DNA of 64,000 nucleotides, taken from positions 115,605-179,604 of the forward strand of contig MNCI01002043.1 in the NCBI GenBank assembly GCA_015680685.1. The letters are read 5' to 3'. Below the pieces are notes generated by a model. That model made no database searches, was not told the origin of the DNA, and saw nothing but the letters and a program-made list of their open reading frames with translations. The position numbers were made by a program, and so were the translations under genes. Shown one piece after another: positions 15,101-27,100 of the stretch (the stretch's first letter is position 1; every line of letters starts with the position of its first letter). Source of the DNA: Gnetum montanum (taxonomy: Eukaryota; Plantae; Gnetophyta).

Positions 15101-18100
15101 TTTGTAATAATTGATTTGCTATAAAATCATCCAACCACAAACAGAAACTCTGGCTTTCACGTTGTATTTATTCAGCCGTATTCGTCCCACGGGAAGCAAG
15201 TGCCCAGGCAATGGCGGTACCAATGGCCAGCAAAGAAGTTTGCGCAAGACTGACAAGGCACACTACATTTGCCATGTCCTACGGCAATCTTTATGATTTT
15301 GTCATAATCCCTACACCAAAAAACACATGGCAGCATTCAAGGTGCAATTTTGTGGAGCATTTAAAAGGCCCAAAAAGCAATCCTATTTAGAGATGTGTTG
15401 CATCCTTCACAATAGCAGATTGCAATTCAAGCTCTTTGCCCTATAACTAACTGGTGTGCCTACTCACGAAGGCTGATCTTGACCCACTACCAATGACTGC
15501 TAGTTCTTGTCACCATCCAAAGGGAACCCACCACTGTCAATGAGGCATCAAACTCAAAAGCATGGCCAGTGTTCTTGGTCAAGGGCTTGAACCGATACAT
15601 TGAAGCCATACATAGTTGAACAAGCAATGCGACAAGCCTGGACTGACCATGCTTTCCATTTAAGATACATCCTTAGCACAATTACACCAAAAGAGGTCAC
15701 AAACATCGAGAACTTCCCACTAGAAGGCACTTTGGTCCTCAAAGGCATGTTGCTTGCAATGCAGTTGTGCAGAAGTTCCCTGTCAAGTAACCCTACCCAG
15801 GAGTACACAAGGCTTGCACTCCTAGAACGTTGGAACTCAACCAACAAAGTTATCTGCCATCAGTTCTTTTGCCAATGTTTGTTTTGGCTAAATATCAACA
15901 TCGTAACGGTCACATCAAATGCCACATGCAAGACGGTTAGGCCCAAGCTAGACGGAGAGAGGTCTTTTTAAGTCCACGTTGGGGTATTAATGCACCCCAT
16001 TGACCCACGTGCATAAACTTGCTCAGCCCCAGAGTTACGATGCCCATGGCAGATACATGATGCTCATCGATGAGAGTTTTTAAAAATATATATATTCTGA
16101 TTTGCAACAGTTCCACTTTTAACGCCAATAGGAAATTGAAACTAACTTATGCATCCATTCCCTTACATTGCTCCATTTGAAAGAGAGAAAAAAACATAGC
16201 AGAATTCACCCTGTACATGCAACTGAGCTATTTTCACCTTAATATGAGAAGCCTTGTAAACATCCTGTGATGGATTTGCACAGGGTGGTTCAGCCATGGT
16301 GTTAAAATACTTTATTTGGATTCACAATGCATAAGCAAGTGTCAATAATACTGTATATTGCTACTCCATCAATGCAAAGCCAGCAAATTATTAGCAACAA
16401 ATATGCAAAGACAGCCAAAAAAGCTGCTAAGACGTCATACTTACCTTCACTAAAGTGAAGGCCAGCAAGGTGCCCTATCCCTCTCCTACGCCAATAAGAC
16501 CGCTAAGGCCAGCGAACTATTATTGTATCAGTAAATTTTTAAAAATGTGGATAGATTGGAGTGGGATGGGAAAATAAAATAATGAACGTCAGGGCCAATC
16601 CATCACAGAGGTGAAAACACTTTAAAAAAAATGTTGTTCTAATGCTTTCTTTCAAATAGAGCAATGCAAGGGAATGCGAGGGATCTTATGCCCAAGTTAA
16701 TTTCAATTTTCTATTCGCGTTAAACTAAAACCACTGCAACTCAATACATTTTTATTAAAAATCAATGAGCATCATGTATCCACCATGGGCATGGTAATTG
16801 TGGTAACAATCAAGTTGATGCACGTGAGTCAATGGGCTACATTAATACCCCAAAGTGAACCTAAAAGGACTCCTCTGGCTATAGGGGGATGAGGAAATCA
16901 CCCAACCCTTGTGTAATCCTCAATGTATTTTGGATGTGTGTGTCTTCTTGTGTTGACCTTGTTGATTGGTGTAGAGACACCTCTTCCAATTCCCTTTGTT
17001 CTTCCCTACATATTTGTTTTACAAGTTTCGGGCTTTGTGAAGATGTCATGAAGGTCAAGGAGATGTCTTGGCCAGGAGTGGAGTCTTCACAAAAGAGGTC
17101 TAGGAGGTCAAGGAGATGTCTTGGATTGAGAGGAAACGTCTTGTATAGAGTGTTGACGTCTTAGGCAAGATGTCTTGTGCACAAAAAAGACGTCTTCAGC
17201 AAGCCAACTTGGGTCAAGAGGAGACGTCTCAGGTAAGACATCTTGGGATAGAAGGAGATGTCTTGGCTAGGGAGGAGACATCTCCCAAAAACAATAGATG
17301 TCTTTGCCAAAAGTTGTGTTTTCATGGGAGATGACCTGACAAGGCCAAAGACAATGCATACAGCTGGGAAAATTTCTGAAGTCGCCCATCCCAATTCAGG
17401 AAACAACCTAGCTAAATTGGAAAAGGATGGAAACAGCCGAGGAGATGGTGAGAAGACCATAGAAACATCTGAAGAACCTCAAGTCGAGTTAAGGAAAGGT
17501 TTCTAGGTTTCTTGTCTCCTTGTTGTTCATAAATATTGATGTAATTTACAATTGTTGATACCATAAGTGAAAAGAGAGAGCTCAAGTGTAGAGAGCTCAA
17601 CAAGAGAGAGTGTGTGTGAGCACATTGGTTGAGTGCAATTGGTGATTGCAACTCCAAGGTCAACTTGTGGTTTGTTGGTCTGTGTGCTCTATTCTCTTGT
17701 GTCTTACTTGTAAGTTGAGATCTTAGTCTCAGGTCATGGGAGAGATTCTCTATTGGTTGTGTCTTGCATTGAGAATAGCCATCGTGTGGTTCTAGAGCCT
17801 CATGCTTTGCAATATTGTTTGAGTGTGACAGTTTTTGGATATTTGTGGGTTTTGAGAACCCTGTTGTAATCTTCTAATCAATTAATTGAAGATAGCTAGT
17901 TTTCTTGTTTTCTAGCAAAAAGTTTTGTCTTTGCATAATATTTGGATTTAGTATTTGAAGGTGATTAATTAGTGGAGTGAACCTACTAAAGCGTTATTGG
18001 TATCGAAGCTTAGATTTGTGTTTATTGTTGCTTGGAATTGGTTGAGGATTTTGTCAATTTCAGATGGCACCCAAGAAAAAATAGGTGCAAGCACTAAATA

Positions 18101-21100
18101 AAGAAATGGAGAGCATGAAGTTTGCCTTCCAGATGATGGTCGCTCAATTGGATGAAATTAGCGCAAAGGTAGACAGAAATGACGATTCTCACCATATTCC
18201 AACACGCGGAGGAGATGAGCATGCACATTCAAATGAAGAAGTTTCACAACTAGGTGGAGATGGCGTGGATGAACAGGAAGGACAATCCAGCTATGGGAGT
18301 GTAGAAACCCATCAAGAAAAGGATTCCAATGGGAGGAAATTTTATTCCTCAAATGATAATTTTGAGGACTCCAACGGTGGTAAATACTTCTTCTCCGAGC
18401 AAGCTTGACGAAGAAGATGAGGCAAGGCTTGCTAGAGCATTCAAAATTGCTACAAGACTTCCGTACATGGAGTTGACTTTCAATGGTGTAGATGGCACTG
18501 GTGCTTTTGCAAGTTGGCTGAAGGCACTTGAAAAAAATTTCCAATTGGAAGTGGTACCGCATAACTTGAAGATACCTATTGCTGAATCCAAATTAGAAGG
18601 TATGGCTTCTACATAGTGGGAAAAGGATTCCCAAGGTTATAAAAGATGAAACGGTCAACCTATCAAAGATTGGGATTTGATGAAATACAAGTTGAAAAGA
18701 AAATTTGAATAGTCTCATTAGAGACAAAAGACTATTACAAAGTTAAAATTCCTAAGGCAAGGTGACAAGGATGTCAAAAAATTCGAGATCAAATTTTGTG
18801 ATCTATTTCATCAAGCTAAGGTAAACTGGAAGGAGTATAAAAAAACTTCAATCTTTATAAGAGGTCTCAAAATGGCATACCAACATGAGTTGCCTTTTTA
18901 TAAGCCACAAACCCTTGATGAGGCTTATGATTTGGCACTCAAGGCTCAAAAGAAATTAAGCAGATTTAGAAACAGGAGAAAACAAACTCCCAAGGGAAAG
19001 GAGAAGGGATCCAAATCTCAGAAGGGATACAAGTCCAAATCTAAAGACAAGGACAACAGCCATGATAAGAAGACTAAAAGAGGTGATGAGAAGGGCAGAA
19101 CCAAGAAGGACCAAGGCAAGGAAGGCAAGGATCAAGACAGAAGCTCATCAAAAATCCAATGCTTTAAGTGTAAAGAATGGGAATACAAACAATGGGAATG
19201 TCCACTTCACAAGGGAGCTAAGGGCAAAGATGTGCAAACCATGGAGTTGGAGAAGACATCAAGCCAAGGTCTTCAGAGAGGTAATCCTAATGCTCCAAAA
19301 ATTGAGCATGTTTCTAAATTAAACTCTTGTGCATTCATGGGAAATGTGAATAGAGGAGATCATCCTAATAGAAAATTGTTGCTCTGGATTGGGGCTAGAT
19401 GTTTGCTTAGTGGGGAATATATTCATGTTTTGATTGATGGGGGAGCCCAAGAAAATGTTATTTCTTCTAGAGCAGTTGTTAGATTGGGTTTGGTAAACCG
19501 TATAAAGTGCATTGGTTGTCTAGAGATTTTTCTAACGAGGTGAGGGAACAATGTACTTTGAAATTTAAAATTGGAGGCTTTTATGATGTTGTGAAGTGCG
19601 ATGTGCTTCCAATAGATTGTGCTGATGTAATTCTTGGTAGACCTCAAATTTTGACAATGGTGCTCTGTTTGATGGAGCAAGAAATGTGTGGAGTGTACCT
19701 ATAGACCTGATGGAATCCATAAGTTGATTCCCATGATAGTTGAACAAGTGAGGCAGCAAAGATCACTTAATGCTTCCTTAACCCATCTAGGAGAGAGGGA
19801 ACATATTAATGAACATGATGAAACATGTTTTGGTTTTGTTGTTATGACAACAGTTGCTCCTAACCATGATGATGTGCACATTGAACTTCCTATAGGTGTA
19901 CTAGACTTGAAGAAGAAATTTCCCAAGATGTTCAAGGAGGAAGATGAAAGGTATGATGAAGTAGAGATCAATGAGAAAAGGAGTTTTCAAGTATCTCTTA
20001 TTAAGCAAGGGAGTGCTCGATACTCAAAAGTTTTAGAAGAGGGAAACAAGAGCTCCATCAAAAGGACCAAAAGATCTTCCCAGTCCAAGATATGTTGTTG
20101 ATCAAGGAGAGTTCCTACCTCATAAGTTATGAGAGGTGAAAGATCAAAGCCAAATGAGTGGCAAAGATCAGGGGACTTCTTCAAGAAAGATCAAGGACAT
20201 CACTAGAGGGTATGATACTCATTCTTTGTGCAATTGTTCTATACCTTCTAGCAAGGGAAAGAAGACTATTTGCCAAGTTGAGGCTATCTCATGGGAGAGG
20301 TGAGTCTTCTAGCCAAAGTTTGTGGAAGAATGACTGCTTTGATGAAATTTGATGTTCAAACCATGGAGGAGAATCTACCTTTTGAGTTGGTACCTCCAAA
20401 GTAGGTGGAAAAAGTTGTGATAATTACTTTGTAGAGGAGAAACCAAGGAGTTGGAAACTCCTATATGGAATCTTGAAGCTTTAAGCTTTGATAAGATTGG
20501 ACAGCCACATGTAGAAGATCAAGTTGAACCAAATATGGATGGGAGGAGCCATGAAAAGGTCAGTAAGTGTGAACTTTACCTTGTTGATGGTAGTAAGATC
20601 CCTTATGTTGAAGCTAGTAAGATGGATGCTAGTTTTTCACTTCAACCTAGTAGTGGTTTGTTCCATTGTGATGATGAGCATCATGATCATTGTGATGAAG
20701 TTTAGAGTTATGTTGTGCATGATGGAAACAATGTAACTTTTGATGCCATTGTTGGTAAAAGCAAGAGTAATAATGGTAATTTGTTTGATGATGATGGCTA
20801 TAGTAGTAGTCATTATGAGAATATCATCATTATTGATGTTAATGTGAACATTAATAGTGATGAATTGGATTGCAATGGCAAAAGCCCATTTGAGGTGAAC
20901 TATAGGTTTTGTCAAAATATGGTGGACACTTTGAAGAGCTTTGATGGTGAAGCTCAACTTAGTGTTGATTTTCTGCAAGAAATGAGGGATCTCCATGCAC
21001 AAGTAAAGTCAAATCTGGAAGAAAAAGGCTGAAGAGAGAGTCCTCAAGAGAAATGAGGGCAAACATAAGCCTAATTTTGCTGTTGGTGACTTGGTTTGGG

Positions 21101-24100
21101 TGCACTTGAAGAAGAAGCGATTGAGAGCTGTTAACTCCTCCAAATTAAAAGCCAAGAAGATGGGGTCTTTCAAAATCAAAGCTAAGATCAATGATAATGC
21201 TTTTGAGATTGATTTATTGATGTCAATATGTCTTTTGTGTTTAATGTTTCAGATCTTGTGCACTATCATGGACCAGCTAATGAGGAGACCATATAAGGTA
21301 GCATCGATGAGTTGAAGGGGGCTATTGATCAGTCCAAGCCTTCAATGGAGAGGAAGGCAATCATGCTCAAGTGGAAGGCAATCGTGCTTTAGCGGCTTTA
21401 CAATGCTAGTGCTCAAGTGGAGGGAAGCTTCTAGTACTCAAGGAGTCAAGAGGCATGAATATTTGATCCATTGGCAGGATCAGTCTGCTGATGATGCTGT
21501 ATGGGTCCATGAGACCAAACTTCATGAGCAGGGGATCACTTCAAGCCCTACTCCTTTGTTCACATAAGTTCACTTTTTGAAGGGTGGGAGAGCTGGTGTA
21601 GGGACACCTCTTCTGATTCCCTTTGTTCTTCCCTACATGTGTGGTTTGCAGGTTTCAGACTCTATGAAGACATTGTGAAGGTCAAGGAGACATCTTGGCC
21701 AAGGGTGGAGTCATCACAAAACATGTCTAGGAGGTCAAGGAGACGTCTTGTGTACAGTGCTAACGTCTCAAGCAAGACATCTTGTGCACAAAGGAAATGT
21801 CTCCAGCAAGATGTCTTAGGTTAGGACAAGATGTCTCGGGCAAGACATCTTGGCACAAGAGGAGATGTCTTAGCTAGGGAGGAGACGTCTCACAAAAACA
21901 ATAGACGTCTTTGCCAAAAATTGTGTTTTTGTAGGAGATGATCCAACAAGGCTAGAAATGACTCATACAGCCAGGAAAATTTCCGAAATTACCCGTCCCA
22001 ATGTGGAAAACAATCAAGGTAAGTTGGAAAAGGATGGAAACAGCCAAGGAGAAGGTGAGAAGACCAAGAAAACAAGGACAGGAGCAGATAATGACCCATA
22101 TTGATAGGATTTGGATCTATACTAGTCTCATGCTGAATCATGAGGTTGTGGCCATGGGGTAGGAGAGGCAAGCCTCTGATTATAGATCTATGGTGTGTCA
22201 AGTGAGCACACCTTCATCACATGGATGCAATCCTTTCAGGTTCAAACAATCTTGGCTATCAAAGCCTTGGTTGAGGCCTTTGGTGGAGGAGATATGGGAT
22301 GCCTATCCTAATGGTTTGGATCCTCGTGACTTTTTGAAGCAAGGGCTTCTTTGGCTGAAACGTGCGATTCAGGCTAAGAAAACAATGGAAAAATATTCCT
22401 TCAAGGCTCTCAAGCCTTCCTTGAGGGTGAAGCTTTTCGCTATGCAAGCCAAGCAAGAGCAAAGTGAGCTTCTATTGGAGGAAGAACATGTGATGCTTAA
22501 GGAGCTTCAGGAGATCGTTGTTGATGAAGAGGCTTAGTGGAGACAAAGATCCAAGGTGCAGTAGGTGAAGGAGGGGGATAGGAATACTAGATTTTTCTTT
22601 TCCAAGGCAAAGCCCAATTTTGAGGCTAAAAGGATTCAGCAGCTTCACCACAAGGTTGAACTGGTTACAAAGACTACTGACATTGCTCAGATTTTGTAGC
22701 AGTATTGGGCTGATATTTGGAGGTCCAAAGAAACCTCCAAGGTTTCTATCCCTATTCAACCAATGGTGAGTGTGGAGGAAAACCCATGGCTTCTTACCCC
22801 ATTCACTATGAATGAGCTAGCCATGGCCTCTCTTAAAAATGCTAGTGCCCCAGGCCCTGATGGTTGGCTTATTGAATTCTTTAAGGAGTTTATTGATGTT
22901 CTGGGCAGCAATTTGCTTGATGCTTTCAATCTAATGCTTTAGTGGTAGCAGGTAAGGCATGAAATCAATTGTTCTAGAATTCTACTCATCCCTAAGGTCT
23001 TGAACCCCACAAAGCCTTCCCATTTTTGGCCAATTGGGGTTTGCAATACGCTATTGAGGCCTTTTACAAAGATTATTGTTCAGCATCTGGCTCCTCTCAT
23101 CCCTAAGCTAGTGGGGGCTCAATAGACAAGCTTCATTAAAGGTTGCTATATCCAGGACCAAATTATTCTTTTACAAGAAATCATACACTCTTTGAAGGAA
23201 ACCAGGTACCCAGGAACGTGCCTCAAGCTTGATATTACCACAAGCTTGATATTACCAACGCTTATGATACTATTAGCTGGGGGGCATTGAGACAAGTCAT
23301 GAGCAAGAAGGGATTTCACCAAAATTTCATCAATCTTTGCCTTCACCTCCAAGAATCTGAGGCTTACTCCTTTGATATTAGTGGTCAACTATGGGGATTT
23401 TCCTCCCTAGGGCAGGGACTTCTCATCAAGGAGATCCTCTTTCCCCCAATTTGTTCATTCTGGTCATGGACATGATGTACATCTATTGCAAGCAGGAGGA
23501 GGTGTGGGGCTTGCAGATTGCAGGGGTGGACTAGGTAGCAAAACATTATGCTAACAACACCATTCTCTTCATTAGGGCGGCGGCCCCTTGAGCACATGCC
23601 CTCAACTAGGCTCTCATGAAAATGGCCATGGAGTTGGGTCTGGAAATCAACAAAGGTAAATCTGCTTTACATATTTTCAATGTTGATTGTCAAGTGAAGG
23701 GGTTGATTAGTCAAGCCCTTGGTATCCTTTCTAGTGTGGTTTCTAATTCCTACTTGGGAACTCCCATGTACACCTGGAACTGCAAGAATTCATGGACTGG
23801 TCTGTTACAGAAAATACAGCACATTGGACATTGGTCCAATCAATTCCTAAGCAAGAAGGGACGTCTCCTTCTGACTACATCTATGAATTCAGCTATTTCT
23901 CACTTTACGGCGTCTGTGGCAAACCCCCCAATTGCCATTGCAATGGATGGATCAATTGATCAAGAACTTCATTTGGTTTGGGGGAAAAGGGGGTGATCAC
24001 ATACACCTCCTAGGTTGAGATAAGGTGGCCTAGCCAAAGGTAGCTGGTGGGCTTGGAAATTTAAAGTTTAGGGATGTCATTACCATGGGGCTTTAGCATT

Positions 24101-27100
24101 TGATTCACCGTTTCATGCAGACTCATGAACATGCAGCACAATGGATTGTGATCATGAGGAATAAGCATCAACAATAGAGGGCGGGTAGTAGGGACTCCTA
24201 TGTCTAGCGGGCTTTATGTCGGCATGCCAGTAATATGGCCCAAAATAACTGCTTAGAGGTATGGCCGCAAGACCCTATCCGGCATATGTACCCACTAGTT
24301 CAGGGTAGGTGAGGAGACTCCTTGAACAATTTAATGTATTTTTATGGCTTGCTTTACAGGGCGCGTTGCCGCTTCGCTCTCTTCTACATGCACAGAGGCT
24401 ACCTATTATTGACATCTATCTGTTGTGTTCATACGCTCTAGAAACCACTTTGCACTTCATTTACCAATGCACCCTCTATCGGGCTGTTTGGTGCACCTCG
24501 GCTTTTATGTCCTCCCCTCCTATCTAGGGATTCCAGGGAGACGACGACGTTGTGGTGCTTGTGGAAAGCACATAATGCATTGCCTTTTCGGTCCAAGCAT
24601 CTCCCTCCCCCAAGTCAAGTTGCAATGCTTGGTTCCTATCTATGGACAGAAGCGATCAACACGATGGGGGTCACTCCTACGTTTGAGCCCACCTATCAGA
24701 ATTTTCAAGCTAACTCAATGCTGTGGGGTCTAATTGAGCAAGTCAAGTGGGCAGATCTTCTTCCTACCTTAACAAGGGATCCTAATTTAGAGGATGGGGC
24801 CTTCTTCAGTAACTAGGAGAACAATTTTACGTCTTTCCGTGGGGTGTGGATGGTTATGACCAAGGAAGCTATTGCAAGGTATCTTGATTTACCTACTGCT
24901 GGTGAGGTAATCTTGCCCATTGGGCAAGGGCTACAAGCCACAGTGGATTCCCAGGCCTAGTTCCCAAAACAAGAAGTGGGCAGGTGCCCAGGTCAACTTT
25001 ACCTCAAATGTGGTAGGTTGTTGCTGAACTGGTGGATTGGTTCTTTGTCCAATCTAGCAATACGTGGAAGCTCTAGGGCTCCCACTTTGCTTTTCTCAAA
25101 TGCTTATAGGAGGGATGGGCTGTGAACTTGCCCCAATTTTTCTTGGCTTCTTTGTGTTGCCTGCATCGTGGGCACTACTCGAGGCTTATTCTTGCCTTAT
25201 GGCAAGTGGCACAACCACAAGATCCTTGGTCAGTCAACCCCTTTTCTACTATTTATGAGTGGCGTTGGATGCCATCCCTTAACCTTGTGGGGGATGCCAC
25301 ACTGTGTGATGCTAGTTTGGGCGAGCCTTAGGTGGATGGAGATTGTTTTCCTAAGTCGAGTTCTTGGCCACTACAGGTAAATGGGGGCCCATGGCCTCTA
25401 TTCCTTGCTGTGGACCTCATCCATGCTACGACGAAGGCTGTTGAGGTGGCTCAATTAGAGGAAAGTACATGGTGGGAGGACAAATGGCAACGTAGGGAGA
25501 AGGAGTTTACCTGCATTCTGGAACAAACCACCCTTTGTCTCAAGGAGGAAGCCAAGGAGAATCTTTAAGAGGCATGAGCTGAGAGAGGCTGTGCACATGA
25601 ATGCCATGGAAACATAGCTACACCAACTATTGCGGCAAGAGCTCATTAGGGAGGAGTAGGAGAGGGTTGCTAGAGAGGGGATGGAGGTGGAGCAGAGGGA
25701 AAAGGATCGGCTGGAGGCCGAACAACTGCAACACCAACAAGGCTTGGCTCATGAAACCAACATTTGTCGTTGGTTTTAGGACAACAAATGCCCTTATGTC
25801 ATAATGAATGTGAATCAGAAAACCTTGTGGGATGCATTGCAGAGGTTTATTCGCCGCACCTTGGCCAAGCTACATCTGGATTCTCCAAGTAACAAAGCTG
25901 AACAGCACCTAAATGAAGAGGCTTACAAGGAGTTTCATTAGGTGGCGGCTTTTATGGCTACTGAAAGGCTAGGGAGGTTTTGGATGCAATTCATCATCAA
26001 AAGCATGTTGGTTGTGCCTGCTCTCAGTTGCAACGTCTAATTTAGGTGACAGGGTGTGGTTCTTCATGGGTGGCATTTGTGGTTGTTTTGGTCTGGGTTT
26101 TGGTGTGTGTGTCTGTTTTGGGTATTTTGGGGTCCAAGAACTTTGATTTCTGTGTCTGATCCTTGCTCTTGGGTGACTCTATGGGGCTTCTATTCTGCTG
26201 TACTCTGCTTTGGTAGACCATTTTGTGGGATTTAAGGACTATCGTGTGGCTTGTCCTTAACAGGCGGTGGTTTTTAAGGCCTGGGTGTTTGGGGATTTCT
26301 CTCCCCCGTGTTACTTTTTTGTCACCTCTTGTATATATTTCTCGTTAATATATTGCCCGAACATTTCTCAAAAGAAAAATGATAAAACCTTAATAAAAAG
26401 AACCAATTATCTGCCCATGTGCAATTCCAAAATATGACACAAATATATAATTTAAAAGGAAAAACATTTATTAGTAGTTCTAAAATATAGTAATATTTAA
26501 GGAGTTTTAAATGTTAGTCAAACATGAACTAGTACTCTCAAATTTAAATAGATAGGCAACTAGATAATCAAATAGGCACCTTTGACCTCCAGAAGCCTTA
26601 GGTATGCCAGCAAAAGCTCCATCAAAAACTTCACTTCCCGTTTTTTGAGTATTCAGAGCATCTACAGAATCATTAAATGTAAATAGACAGTTTCAGTGCA
26701 ATGCAAGATAAGGAATCTAAAGGATCAATAAAACATACTGAGAAAATATTTTTCCAAAAGTCTTTCTTTTTTCAACAATTGTTCTGACATGAAAGCTAAG
26801 GTTTAGTGTCATCCATAAATTGCGTTTGCACAATTTACATGGCATATAGTCAAAACCATTAGGAGTAGAAATTTGCTTCTCAAGTGGCTAAAAGCCTACC
26901 TCCATCACAGATAGTGGTTTCAGTTTTTATACGAATTTTTTCCTTAGAAATTCCTCTCTTTGAGTTCTCACTTACATCCACTTGCTCGGTGTTTCCTGTT
27001 ACAGTAAATTGCAAAAGATAAGCTTGTGCAAAAATACAATTCCAAACACAAACTATGCATATTAAGGTTTAAAATATTTTCAAATAGAATGATTATGCAC

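Noticed and set aside
16437-16446. U1 snRNA 5' end ATACTTACCT
   Set aside because: Only 10 nt match and the rest of U1 is absent; it is the reverse complement of a consensus splice donor.
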